Notes: generated by a model from the sequence alone, not told the origin. Positions 1-12,625 are shown, numbered from the whole stretch's first letter. The stretch: 63,591 bases of DNA, filler included, from Octopus bimaculoides (GCF_001194135.2; 4 parts of 4 records of this genome joined end to end with filler, not necessarily neighbours in it); one strand, 5' to 3'. Numbers and translations: made by a program.

Positions 1-52
<52 letters not shown>

Positions 53-60
53 ACACACAT
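1..60. repeat. (CA)n microsatellite
   Basis: Near-pure AC repeat at the window start. Confidence 0.98.
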
Positions 61-169
61 GATAGACTTGCACACTGTTTCCTACCACTAAATTTATTCA
101 CAAGTTAATAATCGAAGAATTTTCCCAAGGAGCTGCATAGCGGGCAGCGAATTACGTTGATCAAGGGCT

Positions 170-720
170 GAAGAGATTTCAACAGTCATTTTCTGGAAAT
201 TGAGACATGAACGCAGTGTATATGTGTTACGGTTGTTCTTTTGATGGAGCAAATACTACGTCGAATGAAATATCTTATCCCCAAACAAAGGCTAATGCAT
301 TCGCTCCAAATGCACTCTTTACCCACTTTTGTGTCCTTAATTTAACTTTGGTTCCAATCGATACTGTAAGTAATGCTGTAAGGTACAGCCTCTAGAATGA
401 CTCTACACCTTTTACTCAAGCACCCAATAGTCCAGTTGTAACGTATTAACTATGTAATTCTTTTATTATTTAGGACTTTGGCAGTTGTTTGGCAATAACA
501 AAGTTGGTGACAGAATGTATAATTAGTACCCACTTCGTGACTAAATCGTAATGTTATTTAGCTTCTCTTGATTTTCTTGCTATTTCTTTTTTCGTCTATA
601 TAAATTCATGGCTTTCTTTGAGCGTTCAAAAGCGTTAATCAAATTACGCCACATTCAATGCTAACTTACCTCTCTTCGTTATTGAAATTCAAATATATTT
701 GTTTAGATTTATATAGAAGA
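170..720 (+). pseudogene. Highly decayed hAT transposase fragment (DUF4371/ZMYM1-like type)
   Basis: ORF 207-395 reads CYGCSFDGANTTSNEISYPQTKANAFAPNALFTHFCVLNLTLV, which aligns by eye to the hAT motif GQxYDGAxxMSG...ALFxHCxxHxLNLV. Boundaries approximate. Confidence 0.55.
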
Positions 721-2087
721 GTCAGTCATTTAATTTCCTTAGCACTACGCAATATTTCTTAATGTCCAGCACAATTGTGTTAGTTACAAAAAGTGTGTAA
801 AAATGACTAAAGATCTATTATTGATTTCCTTAAACTAAGAGGAAGAAGATATTGATTGAACATTTTCTTTCATGAATCCAAATGCTTTAGCTAATTAAAG
901 TAGTTGATTGCGTTTGTATGGCTTTCAATTAAAATATAATACAGTGACGTTAAAGACAGGTTTGATAATTACAAATATCATTTTGCCTTTTGAGAGTAAA
1001 AGAGGAGAGTTTCGTGTTAGTTTGAATTAAGATTGCTTATCAATTGGTAACGAAGCCTGATATTGCCAGGGGAAATGTATAAACTCTAAAAGAAACACGC
1101 TAGACAATTTGACATGAAAGTTCTGCTACAGGTAAATTATGTATGCTAAAAACGGGGATTGTCAACCAGATAATGAAGCAGAAGACACGAATAGCTAGGT
1201 CAATGAAAATTTGAAATACCAGGTAAAGAGAGTTTATGTTGCATTCAATTTTAGTACGATAAAATTAGTCACGAAACCAATTTGTGAAAAGAAACTGCAA
1301 GGGAGTGTAAATACGAACATTTAAGAACATTAGTAATATAATTCCAGACGGTTGAAGAATGAAAAGTAACATTGAATGTAATTATTCTTCCATTATTATT
1401 ATTAATATTATTATTGTTATTGTTGTTTTTGTTGTTGTTTCCTTTCATTATAACTTTATTTCAGCTGCCTTAGTAACGGGCATCCTCCGGAGGCCAAGAG
1501 TAACAAGGACACTTTTGTTTTGCTATGCATACTAAAATTATCACCACATTTATTCCATTTTAGATGGAGAATGCTTTCCGTAGTATATGGGCTGTACCCA
1601 TCAAGGTTATTTTTTGTAGTTCACGGAAATTGGAATTACCAGGGAGTTACTCAATATACTTCTCAACTCCCTTCTTCATCATTCCCAACGCACAAATTAC
1701 TACTGGTATTATCGTAGTACTAAGCTTCGACATATTTGTGATTTCAATTTGCAGATCTTTTTAGTGAGAAAGCTTTTCGTATTCCCTTCTTGAGACATTT
1801 TTCTCTTGTGAGACAAACATATCTATCATATCTATCATATTTAATTTAATGCTATATGTTCAAATGTAAAGACTAGATGCACTTCGATGAGCATTGCTTT
1901 ATATTGGCCAAAAATTTAGATTAACTGATTTATCGGAGTTACCTTTCGTATATGTTGTTTTAGATATTCGACACACTTAGATCGAGCTTGCATCTATTAA
2001 TGTTTTGGATAATTTCAGTTAATTGAAGATTTTTGGATCACTATATTACATGTAGGTGAGACCCTACCGTATGTGATCTGGCATGTA

Positions 2088-3375
2088 CAGGGTGTCCACA
2101 AAGTCTGGGTACATGAGGATTAACGCATACTTTTAAAGCAAAACAATTTTATTTGATTATAATGTTAATAAATAATATTTTCAAAATGATTTCCATCATT
2201 TTCAATGCATAACTTGATGCACCTTGCAAAATTCAGGTTAACTCGATTAAATAAGTCTACATTTCCATCAATTTCAGCACCCTGACTGGTAATGCGTTCT
2301 CTCATGTGGTTCAAATCTGTAATCTTTATTGAGTAAACTTTCTCTTTCAACATACCCCAGAAAAAGAAGTCAAGGGGAGAAAGGTCTGGTGAACGAGGGG
2401 ACCATTCCACATGACCCCTTCAGTGAGGAAAAGTGTCATTTCGCCAATCTCTAACAGCTGTGGCAAAATGGGCAGGGGCCCCATCCTGCTGAAACCAATT
2501 CGGAAGTCCCTCGCCTAGGCGCTCAATTTGAGGTATTAATTTGTCTCTCAACATGTTTAAATAAGTCTCACCCGTTACATGTTCATCAAAGAAGAAAGGT
2601 CTTACCACACGAGCTTTCCACAAACCACACCACACCATCACTTTTTTGTTGCCTTGCTGTTTGGATGGATCCATCCAATGTGGATTACCTCGAGACCAGT
2701 ATCGAAGATTCTGTCTGTTGACCTCACCATTTCCATAAAACGTAGCTTCATCACTGAACAACACAGTTTTTAGTAAAATTGATATTTGCATCCAATTTAT
2801 ATGAAAACCATTCGCACATCTGCATTCGTCTATCAGGGTTGTCTTCATTTAAGTGATGCAATATCTGTAGCTTGTATGGATGAAACTTTTCCTCACCCAG
2901 GATTTTGTGGATGGTTGATTTTGGAACACCTAACACCGTGGATATGCGATGAAGTGATTTCTTTGGGTTAGCAGAAACCTTGGACATGACAGCCTCTTTC
3001 GTTTCATCTGAAGTCTTTGGTCGCCGGAACGGTGTTTATCCAAAACACTGCCTGTTTCTTTAAACTTCTTGATCAATTTACCGACGGCAGTAAAATAAAT
3101 AGGTTGCTTATAAGAGTGTCGAAGATTAAATTCTTCCGCAATTTTGCGATAAGACCATCCCTCTCGTCCACTTAAGAATACTAACTCGATTCTTTCTTCT
3201 TTAGACAGAGCCATCACTCGATCTGGGTAGAAAAAATAACATAAATAAGTTTAGAAAAGTAAAGTATTTTTTTATTTAATTTAAACAAAAGTAAAAAAGG
3301 AAATTATTTCTTATATTTAATTGTTTATGTTATGATTTTATTTACTCCATGTACCCAGACTTTGTGGACACCTTG
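2088..3375 (-). mobile_element. Full-length defective Tc1/mariner element, rosa/DD41D-like (1288 bp)
   Basis: 28-bp TIRs CAGGGTGTCCACAAAGTCTGGGTACATG (2088-2115) and 3348-3375 with 1 mismatch; TA on both flanks (2086-87, 3376-77). Confidence 0.95.
2165..3214 (-). pseudogene. Frameshifted transposase of the 2088-3375 element
   Basis: Consecutive ORF pieces: MALSKEERIELV...KFKETGSV, HPYKLQILHHLNED, LFSDEATF, FQQDGAPAH, WSPRSPDLSPLDFFFWG; frameshifts and an in-frame TGA at 2420-2422. Confidence 0.92.
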
Positions 3376-3558
3376 TAGAATGTTCGCCTGAAGTAGTTTT
3401 CTCCTCGGCGATATTGTTGAGTTCAGGCCTCTCATGAGTAATCAAAATATGGCTTGAACACAAAACAAGAGAGAGGGGACACATTCAACAACATATGAAC
3501 ACATTCAACAACATAAATGAGCAGATGCATGGTGAGCATTGACAGACAAAGGCCTCTG

Positions 3559-3773
3559 AAGGCGGCGAACTGGCAGAATCATTAGCACCCCGGGCGAAAT
3601 GCTTAGCAGTATTTCGTCTGCCGCTACGTTCTGAGTTCAAATAACGCCGAGGTCGACTTTGCCTTTCATCCTTTCGGGGTCGATAAATTAAGTACCAGTT
3701 GAGTACTGGAGTCGATGTAATCGACTTGCACCTCCCCCCAAAATTTCAGGCCTTGTGCCTATAGAAGAAAAAA
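3559..3773 (+). mobile_element. tRNA-derived SINE, family A (label used here), CpG-intact copy
   Basis: A-box-like TGGCAGAATC, B-box GAGTTCAAAT, body CCTTTCATCCTTTCGGGGTCGATAAATTAAGTACCAG; more than 20 related copies in the window. Probably one of the published octopus SINE families, name not verifiable here. Confidence 0.88.
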
Positions 3774-4179
3774 GACGAAAGCGTCTACAATACATTTTAC
3801 ATGTACTTTAAACTAAATTACTTAATATCTATATTATCTAACGTATTTCCCCCTGTACGACGGTAGGTTTATTTGCGGGAGACTAAAACTGTTCTTTCCA
3901 ATATGTCTAGACATCAAATACAGGTTTCATATTATTCATTTAACATCATGATTTCAAATAGATAATCCAACTGATATTAATGTAATCGGACATAAGATCT
4001 TAAATATATGTATAGGTAAAGTGTGTGTCAGTCTAATTTTCTGTTCACAGAGAGAGAAAATAAACTCACTTGTCTCCACAAGGCATTTACTTTTCTTATC
4101 GAGTAGAAAATATATGATTCATAAAAAACATAACTGTAAATCTATTTCAATCTCAATTTAACCAGGATACGTCCCTCTG

Positions 4180-4281
4180 TGCGTATGTGCGTGTGTGTGC
4201 GCACGCGGCACATGTATCTATCTATCTATCTATCTATCTGTCTACCGACGTGTGCATACGAATGTGTTAATATATACACTC

Positions 4282-4353
<72 letters not shown>

Positions 4354-4378
4354 GGTTGGATGGATGGATTGATGGATG
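4180..4378. repeat. Compound (TG)n/(TATC)n/(GGAT)n microsatellite
   Basis: Directly visible simple repeats. Confidence 0.95.
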
Positions 4379-4977
4379 CCGAATGCACGACAAACTGCCG
4401 TAGAAAGTTGAAATATTGGGGACTGAATTTCTACAACGTTATATTTCCACGGCGGTATAATGCTATCAATGGAGCAGCAAAGTAGATTACAACTATTGCA
4501 CAGTAAGTAGAGTCACATATAGATTAAAAGAACAAACAGAAAACAAATAGTTGATATTTCAGATACTTCATTACGAACGTATCAGTAATCAATAATTAAT
4601 AAATAAATAAATCACTAACAATATCTTCAGTTGACAAACTAAAATATAACTCTATCGAAATTTTTCATTTTAATATACATTGATCATGCTATAACCAATA
4701 ATAGAAAGAAAAAAACAGAGAAGGAAGATTAGAAAAATAACAACACAAGTAGAAAAAAATTCGTCAAATCAAATATATAATATAGCGATTTTTAGGGCAG
4801 GTGATATAAAGCCAAGGCGTCTCACATAAAAGCAGAACGTTGGAATAATATGAATTGAGGTGGACTGCACAATAACGGGTGAACAACCTAAGTCATAGGG
4901 ATAACATGAAATGAAATGAAATGAAATGAAATATAAAAACTGCAAGTGAAATAAAGAAAAAATATAAAATCATGTAC

Positions 4978-5134
4978 CTTTTATCTTTTACTTGTTTCAG
5001 TAATTGTACTACGGCCATGCTGGGGCACCACTTTAAAGAATTTAATCAAACAAATCACCCCCAAGACCATTCTGTCATCTACTTTTGCCGAACCGCGTAA
5101 TTACCTGTTGTCAAGCGATGACAAGGGACAAACA

Positions 5135-5140
<6 letters not shown>
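4978..5140 (-). mobile_element. SINE family B, 3' portion running into (CA)n and a gap
   Basis: TTTTACTTGTTTCAGT...GGCCATGCTGGGGCACC...TTTTGCCGAACCG matches the B tail at 34721-34900. Confidence 0.75.
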
Positions 5141-5190
<50 letters not shown>

Positions 5191-5318
5191 NNNNNNNNNN
5201 NNNNNNNNNNNNNNNNNNNNNNNNNNNNNNNNNNNNNNNNNNNNNNNNNNNNNNNNNNNNNNNNNNNNNNNNNNNNNNNNNNNNNNNNNNNNNNNNNNNN
5301 NNNNNNNNNNNNNNNNNN

Positions 5319-5367
<49 letters not shown>

Positions 5368-5479
5368 ATATACATAGGTATATATCGGCCAATAGATTAT
5401 ATATAGGCCAAGGACACGTTACAGACATTATCAGATTTGTATTCGGGTTATTCTAATTATTTAGAAAAAAGATAGTATA

Positions 5480-6692
5480 TGAGGGTAGGTTGAAAAGTTC
5501 AAAGGTTGACCACGATGCAATGGTCGAACTTGACCAAATGAGTTTTATTTTTCGACATAGTCTCCTCTGCGATCTATACACTTCTTCCAGTGTTGAAGCG
5601 CTTGAATTCCAGTGGTATAGAAGTTCTCATCCTGACCCTCAAAAAGTCCTGAACAGCAAATAATGACCTCATCATCGGCCCGATACTGCTTCCCAGTCAA
5701 ATGTATTTCATGTTGGGGAACAGAAAATAGTCAGATGGTGTCAAATCAAGAGAATATGGAGGGTGATCAATCAGTTCAAAGCCACAGTCGCGCACAGCAG
5801 CCTTTGCGACCACAGACTTGTGTGCAGGAGCATTGTCCTGGTGAACAGGACCCCCTTCGTCATTTTCCGAGCCGTTTTACTTGATTGCCTTTCGCAGCAG
5901 CCTCAGCAAGTTGGCATAGTATTCTCCATTGATAATATGGCCTTTCTGAAGGTAGTCAATGAACACAATGCCTTTTGCATCACGGAAGACGGAGGCCATC
6001 ACCATCCCTGCCGTTAACACCACATTAGCCTTCTTTAGGCGGGGAAGAAGACGGGTGATTCCACTGCATTGACTGCTGTTTGGTCTCTGACTCAAAGTAT
6101 TAAACCCAACATACATCTTGGGCGAGGAAACGTTCAAGAAAACCGGCTGGAGTTGCTTCAAAACCGGCTGGAGTTGCGATATGACCAGTCTGGTGTGCTT
6201 TTGATCAACTCGTTCGCGATAGATGCCTACAGCATTAGCTATCTGATTAACATTTAAACGCCTGTCATCTATCACCATGTGGTGAACACGGTCGATGTTT
6301 TCTTGGGTGATGGCTGTAGCAGGACGTCCGGGCCTTTGATCAACTTCAAGACTCTCCCTTCTCTTGAATTCAGCTGCCCACTTTTGCACAGATGATAAAG
6401 CTGGAGCATCATCCCCTAATGTAGCAACCCTGTCGGCATGAATGTCCTTGAGGGCTAATCCCTTTTCCTACAGATATTTGATAACTCCACGGTGCCAAAT
6501 TTTATCCATTTTCACGAAATGTCTCTAGTACCACTTTTCCAAGTCCTCAATTCTGTATCCAATGTGGGTTTATCTGTAACGAAAAGATGCAGTTAGCATC
6601 AATAAAGGTTGAAATTAATGCATGCCAAGTTTAATTACTATATAATATCTCCTTCTTAGTCTGTCTATGAACTTTTCAGCCCATCCGCTTTA
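5480..6692 (-). mobile_element. mariner (DD34D, irritans-like) full-length defective element
   Basis: Degenerate TIRs (GAGGGTAGGTTGAAAAGTTC at 5481; GAACTTTTCAGCCCATCCGC at 6669-6688); broken transposase 6509 to 5545: MDKIWHRGVIKYL, HQDNAPAH-x-HPPYSLDLTPSDY (D-34-D), C-terminal YVEK*; internal ~21-bp tandem duplication near 6139-6178. Confidence 0.92.
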
Positions 6693-7094
6693 GTTCTCTA
6701 TTTACTTACTGTTTTGTTATTCTTTTTACTTATATTCTGAGTATTTCCTATATCGTTTTCTCCTTTATTATTATTTTGCTTTAATTGGTTTTCATTAAGT
6801 TCATCGCTGCTATTATGAGTATTATCAACATTCATATTAATATATTCACTGTCAGCAGTATTTTCCATGTAATTGCTTACTCTAATAATTAGGAAGAAAA
6901 TAGTCAAGCATGTTTCAATAATTACAATGAAATTAATAGAGTCCTTATTAGATAAATTATTCCTGAGTAAGTCCTCATCAACCGCGTTTTTTTTTTTATT
7001 TTGGTCTAATTTCTTATTAATTTTATGTATATAGTACTCAAGTTTACTGGAATTTGGACATGACGCCTTCACTGTGTGCTTGTTAAAAAACCTG

Positions 7095-7764
7095 GGATCT
7101 TTCTGATTTGGCGGACACCATTTTTATTTAGTTTTTATTTAGTGTGTTTTCTACCGAAACACTTTAAAACTTTGTATACTTGTATATTTTGTCTTATAGA
7201 ACAGAGAAAACATTTTATATTCGAAGTTATTTCATGTTAAAAATTGTCGTATTTCGGCAATTTCAGCCAATCACTGACGTCTATTCAGCTGAATACAGTT
7301 ACTTCTGTTCTTTGTCTACAATAATTTGTGGCGGTGTATATATATCGTTAGTACCTGGTAACCCTAACCCTAACTCTAAAACCCTATCCCTAACCCTAAA
7401 ACCCTAACCCTGACCCTAAAACCNNNNNNNNNNGCACGAACGATGTTATAAATAACAGCACCGCCGATAGTTGTTGTTGACAAACAACGGCAGTAATTTT
7501 ATTCAAGGGAAAAGATCCCATTACACCGCCAGAACGTTTTGTTGACAAACCACAGCAGTAATTGTTTTCACCTCAATAGACGTCAGTGATTGGTTAAAAT
7601 TACTGAAATACGACAACTTTTAACATGAAATAACTTGGAATATAGAAACTTTTCTTAACAAGGATAAGAGAAAAAGATGTTTTATATGACACATTCTACC
7701 AGTATCCCAAGTTTGAAAGTGTTTCGTTAGAAAACAAATGGTGTCCGCCAAATCAGAAGGATCC
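7095..7764. mobile_element. Foldback MITE with ~240-bp TIRs, GG termini and 8-bp TSD (Merlin- or MULE-like)
   Basis: Ends GGATCTTTCTGATTTGGCGGACACCAT and reverse complement GGATCCTTCTGATTTGGCGGACACCAT; AAAACCTG at 7087-7094 and 7765-7772; arms about 7095-7338 and 7522-7764. Confidence 0.88.
7359..7423. repeat. Degenerate (CCCTAA)n telomere-like tract inside the MITE
   Basis: AACCCTAACCCTAACTCTAAAACCCTATCCCTAACCCTAAAACCCTAACCCTGACCCTAAAACC, then 10 Ns. Confidence 0.85.
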
Positions 7765-7832
7765 AAAACCTGCTGCATGTATTCATTCGCTGGTAGTCTA
7801 GATAGTCCTTTTATTATAGAGGGTGAGTGATT

Positions 7833-8027
7833 TCACAATACATTAATATACATCAGGTTTATTTTTGGCTTGTAGAATGGCTCAAATAATCCTGTATCTA
7901 AACTAAATGTTACATATAGAAACTTTACCTTACAGTAATTGTTTTCAATAGTAACAGGTAATCTAACATTTTTGAAGAATTTACAAGGTTGTTTTCTGTG
8001 TCTATATAGACCCCCATCCCCTATCAT
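7833..8027 (-). pseudogene. Penelope-like element reverse transcriptase fragment
   Basis: GGLYR...LPVTIENNYCKVKFLYVTFSLDTGLFEPFYKPKINLMYIN resembles the Penelope RT C-terminus (GLYRDD...ITIExNxxxVNFLDVTxxLxTGxYxPYxKPxxxxxYI). Confidence 0.65.
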
Positions 8028-8539
8028 AGGAATCCAGGATTCGATCTAGGATATGATATATACCCGGACTAGATTAGTGACGTGCTAGAAATAGCAGCCA
8101 AATCTTTGGCGGTGAGATACATTGAATGCACTCGAAAAACAAAAATCTATGAAAAAAAACTATTTCACACTGATGTTACGAACGAGTCTTTTACGAAATA
8201 TTTACCGTATTTCTAAAGTCGTTTTCACTTTAGAATATTTTCTAAATATACCAAAATAATTTTTGTAATGAAATTCACTTGGAAATAATTTTAAAATAAA
8301 AACATTAAAATATTGTCTGTTTAAGGAAAGCTAAAATATAAATGCTGTACAAACAACTTACATTTTTGAAATCACTTTCACTTAAACATATTTCTAAATG
8401 ATTAAAATATTGAGTTTAACGAAAGCGAAAATAGAAACGTTTACTGTAAAAAAAAATCGTATTTTTTCGTTGTCAGCTAATTGTGTCTAAAAGAAAGATA
8501 AGAGTTTCTTCCCTTTCAGGATGAAGATTATTTTCAGAA

Positions 8540-8700
8540 CATTTTCCCATTATGCACCGTTTTGGGTATTTATACCCCTGAAATCTTCTAATATCTCGAA
8601 AACCACTTTACCGATTTACGCGAAACTTGTTTCATCCTGTTCGCACTAATATTTCAGCGTAAACTCAATTCATAGTATTTTCCCATTATGCGCCAGTTTA
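8540..8700 (+). mobile_element. Internal fragment of a non-autonomous Helitron/DINE-1-like repeat
   Basis: ATATCTCGAAAACCACTTTACCGATTTACGCGAAAC motif bracketed by direct repeats TTTTCCCATTATGC; lies next to microsatellites. Confidence 0.4.
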
Positions 8701-8756
8701 ACTGAGTAACATTGCAAGCAAGCAAGATTTAATCTGACATTTAATANNNNNNNNNN

Positions 8757-8802
<46 letters not shown>

Positions 8803-9444
8803 CGATAGATAGATACATACATACATAGATACATACATAGATAGATAGATAGTATCTGACCCCATGTAACAGTGATCGAATTTCTTAACCACTCATAAAT
8901 GTGATGGTATGTTTACCAAAAATGTGATTGTATGTTTACCGTATCAAATTAGTTTTTACTTTTGAACACATTAATTTTTTTTTCGTATTTGTGATCCATG
9001 AATGGTTAATAAAAGTGGTGAGATGTATGAATACCATATTTATTGAATTATGTGTTAGAAAAGCGAAATATTTACTCATTGTTTCTCAGATTACTTGATT
9101 TTTGAACACTCTAATCTGAAGCCAGAAATGTTTACTCTTGAGAAAATATGTCAACACTACGATGCTCATGCGTACAGACATATCTAACCTGAGAGAAAGT
9201 AACTGACTCATTGAAAATATATTGCAAGTTTAGTGAATAATCTAAACCCGGTTAACCTTAGAATGACTTCTGAAATATCTTAAATTATCAAGTTTTCTTT
9301 GAAAAGAAGGAAACAGTTCATAGCTTTGTGGAGTGAAAGTGTAAGTTTATACATCACTAAAGATTTCGAAGGAAATTCGAGATGCATATACAAAAGGTTG
9401 TATTGGAAATTTATTTCAGGGAAATTTGCTGAAGAAAGTGAAAC

Positions 9445-9593
9445 GAGAGAGAGAGAGAGAGAGGGAAGAAGAAGAAGAAGAAGAAGAAGAAGAAGAAGAA
9501 GAAGAAGAAGAAGAAGAAGAAGAAGAAGAAGAAGAAGAAAAAGAAAAAGAAGAAGAAGAAGAAGAAGAAGAAGAAGAAGAAGAAGAAGAAGAA
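9445..9593. repeat. (GA)n + (GAA)n purine microsatellite
   Basis: About 40 GAA units; explains the poly-Arg ORF 9299-9673. Confidence 0.98.
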
Positions 9594-11764
9594 TTTGTAA
9601 GATAGGAAATATCGGAAGGAAAGAGAATGAAGAAAGGTTTCTTCAGATGACGTATTTGACTTTTAGAAAATAGAAGGAAAAATCAACAAACAATTCAAAC
9701 ATATAACTGCAAGGTTTATGACCTCTCTCTGAAATCGAAGGTATGAGCTGACTTGAAATAATTTTTCAAAGTTGTTTGTCAAATGTGTGTCAAATGGATT
9801 TTGCTAAATTATTGATTTCTTACGTTGGCACAAGACTATAAATGGGTTTAAAAGGGAAATATAATTGATTGAATCTACACCACAATTTTAACAGGTAATT
9901 ATTTTATACAAGGATGAATGCATAGTCAACTTTGCTGGTATTTAAACTCAGGTGGTAAAGCGATTAAACTAAATTACTGCAAGACACTGGTCATTGTATC
10001 TACCACTTCTCTGGTTTCATCAACTTATTTGCTATATCTAACATTATCAAAAGCTCACACATTTATTAGTGAGGGCAGATGATTCGAATTGACCTTCATG
10101 TTTGGTTGAAAACATGTTTTGTTGGCAGGGTCATTTTAGAGTGTCGAATAAAATGTGTTGCAATATTTGTTCCAGCTCATTGCGTCCTATGTTCAAATCC
10201 TGCCGTGGTCGACTTTGACATTCATGTTTCCGGGGTAGATAAATCCAGTGTTAATACATCCCCCTTTCTCTCCAGATGCCATGACTTGATGTTCCATTGG
10301 GTCAGGGCTGGAAGGGTCAAAAGAGAGTCTGTGTCTGTTGCCGACTATACTGGTAGTTATAACAATTAAAGAGATCATGATAATGCTACCAAATCATTGT
10401 TATTTCCAAATGACCACCGTTTTTTATACGAACGGTTGAGAGTCATTTTAACATCGCCAACTGAAAACTTCTCTGCTGTCATGAAATATGAAATTGACGC
10501 TGATGGACTTCGAAGTCAGAACGTAAACTTCATTATGTAGAATTAAGACAAGTCAGCTTAGTAGAACTCATCCTTTACCAAACAATTCTATATAATAAGC
10601 ATTAAATTCATTAACACAAGCTAACGACTTAATTTATTTCTAATTCCAGTTTGATAATTACATATCTTTTGCACAAAATATATCTCTTATATTAAGAGAT
10701 AAATTCGTATCTATACGTCCGAAAATATATGGATTCGTATCTATGCTGTGAAAAGAATTTTAGTTTCAACAGATGTAAGAGCATATGAGAAAACTTAACA
10801 CATAGCTGAATACTTATTATCCGTCTACAAATGTGCAATGCAAATAAGCCAGATAATTGCGAAATTGAAGAAGTCGTATGTAATAGACAGTATTAAGATG
10901 AATTGCGTGAAAAATTACTGAGGAAGCATTTTCGGAATTATATACTAAATTTAATTTTAAAACAGAAACCTTATTAATTGCTGTTTTCTTCAATCTCATT
11001 CAAGTTATCCTTCATTAAGCCTATCACCTAATGTCTTCAAGCGATGACCATTGTCATGTTTTTCTTGCATAGTCTGTGTAGGACTACATTATCCAGTATG
11101 TCCGTTTTACCTTTAAGGCACTTTAAAAGAATATGATTTGACTATTTACCTGCTATTTCTAGCAGACAGAACGAGTGTATAGTGGTACCCTTGTTGGTTC
11201 GTTGTTATTTAGTTCAAGGTAAAATCTATCTGAGCAGACTTTATGGCTAATGGCGTCCAAGCTTTGACCAACTGGCCTTTTAAGGTGTCTGAAGGGCTAT
11301 ATAATCCAATATCTCCATTCCTTAGGTTGACAAAGTATAATTTGAGAAAGTATAATTGATATTTCTAGCTTGTAAAGCGACTACATCAAGATTCTCCTAT
11401 TAGCTCGTTCATAAATATGGTGAATAACATAAAGCAAACACACTCTTCTGGTGAACTGAATCTATAAGCTAGATTCGATTTTAAACTGGTGCCAATATAT
11501 TTCTGATACGCTACTAACAGCTTGATAAAGGTATAATCGTCACTCAGTAACATGCACATTTTCCTAAACATTTATAACTTTGAACAGAAATCAACATTGT
11601 AACTTGAGTAGAATAGCGGTTAACGTCCCTGCGAAGATTGTGATACCTCAGTTTCACTTATATACGGCGTCGTTGCAATTGAGAAATACATTAACATTAC
11701 ACTCTTATTTTACTTCCTCTGTTAATCTGCCGACTTATGTTGAATTTAAGCAATAATATTATCT

Positions 11765-12625
11765 CCAATCTTTAGACACTTTTGAAGTGTGTCTCATATT
11801 GGTCCAAGGCTAAGTGACCGGTACTTGTTTTTATCAACCCAAGAGAAAGAAACGATGAACGTGATCCTATTAGGATTCGAATTCAGACAGTAGAGAGAGC
11901 GTTTGGAATTTATTCTGGCGCCACTCCACTGCCTTATGATACAAACAAGAGCCATTAATCATGGTTTGAAGACAACTATATCGACTTCTTGTTCATCAGC
12001 TTGTCAGTTATTGTTGCTCTAATTGATGGAGGGGAACAAACATAGATAATGTAAGAAATCAATTCTTTTTTTGGCAGAGAAATTAGAATGGTGTAGTACA
12101 TTGCAGCATTTAATTACGTACCTTTAAATCCTGTGTTCAAACCTCACCGAAGCCGACTTTAATTTCATCCCTCCAAGATCGATTAAATAATACTAGTCAA
12201 GAAGTTGGATTGACAAAAAAAATAATACTAGATCGATAAAATCAATTATACCCTTTCTTCTAAATGTATAATTGACCTTACATCTGTGTTAAAAACACAG
12301 TTATTATTACTATTAGAGCAGTGGAATGACAAAGAAGGTTGGATGTTGAAATTACGTGCCTTACAGTATTTCAGCTTAAAATGTATTCTATTTTTTTAGT
12401 TGCATTACCTTTTGGCGACGCTAAACATCACTAGTTCTCTTGAATTCTAACACTTCACGGCATTACTTTATGTTCTGCGTTCAAATTTTGCCAAAGTTGA
12501 CTTTGAATTTCATTTTTCTCTTGCATCGATAAATAATTAAGTACCAATCAAGTGCTGGGGCCGATTCAGTAGATTCCATTATCTTCACAAATGTTTGGCA
12601 TAACGCCTAATTTAGAAATCATTAT
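11765..12625. mobile_element. Three old SINE-A copies (about 11765-11935 minus, 12070-12200 plus, 12440-12625 plus)
   Basis: Degenerate GTTCAAA...GACTTT...TTTCATCC...CGATAAA motifs. Confidence 0.6.

Noticed and set aside
7359-7423. True telomere or chromosome-fusion site
   Set aside because: Short, degenerate, single orientation and enclosed by MITE TIRs with a TSD.
9299-9673. Poly-Arg (protamine-like) ORF
   Set aside because: It is the translation of a (GA)n/(GAA)n microsatellite.
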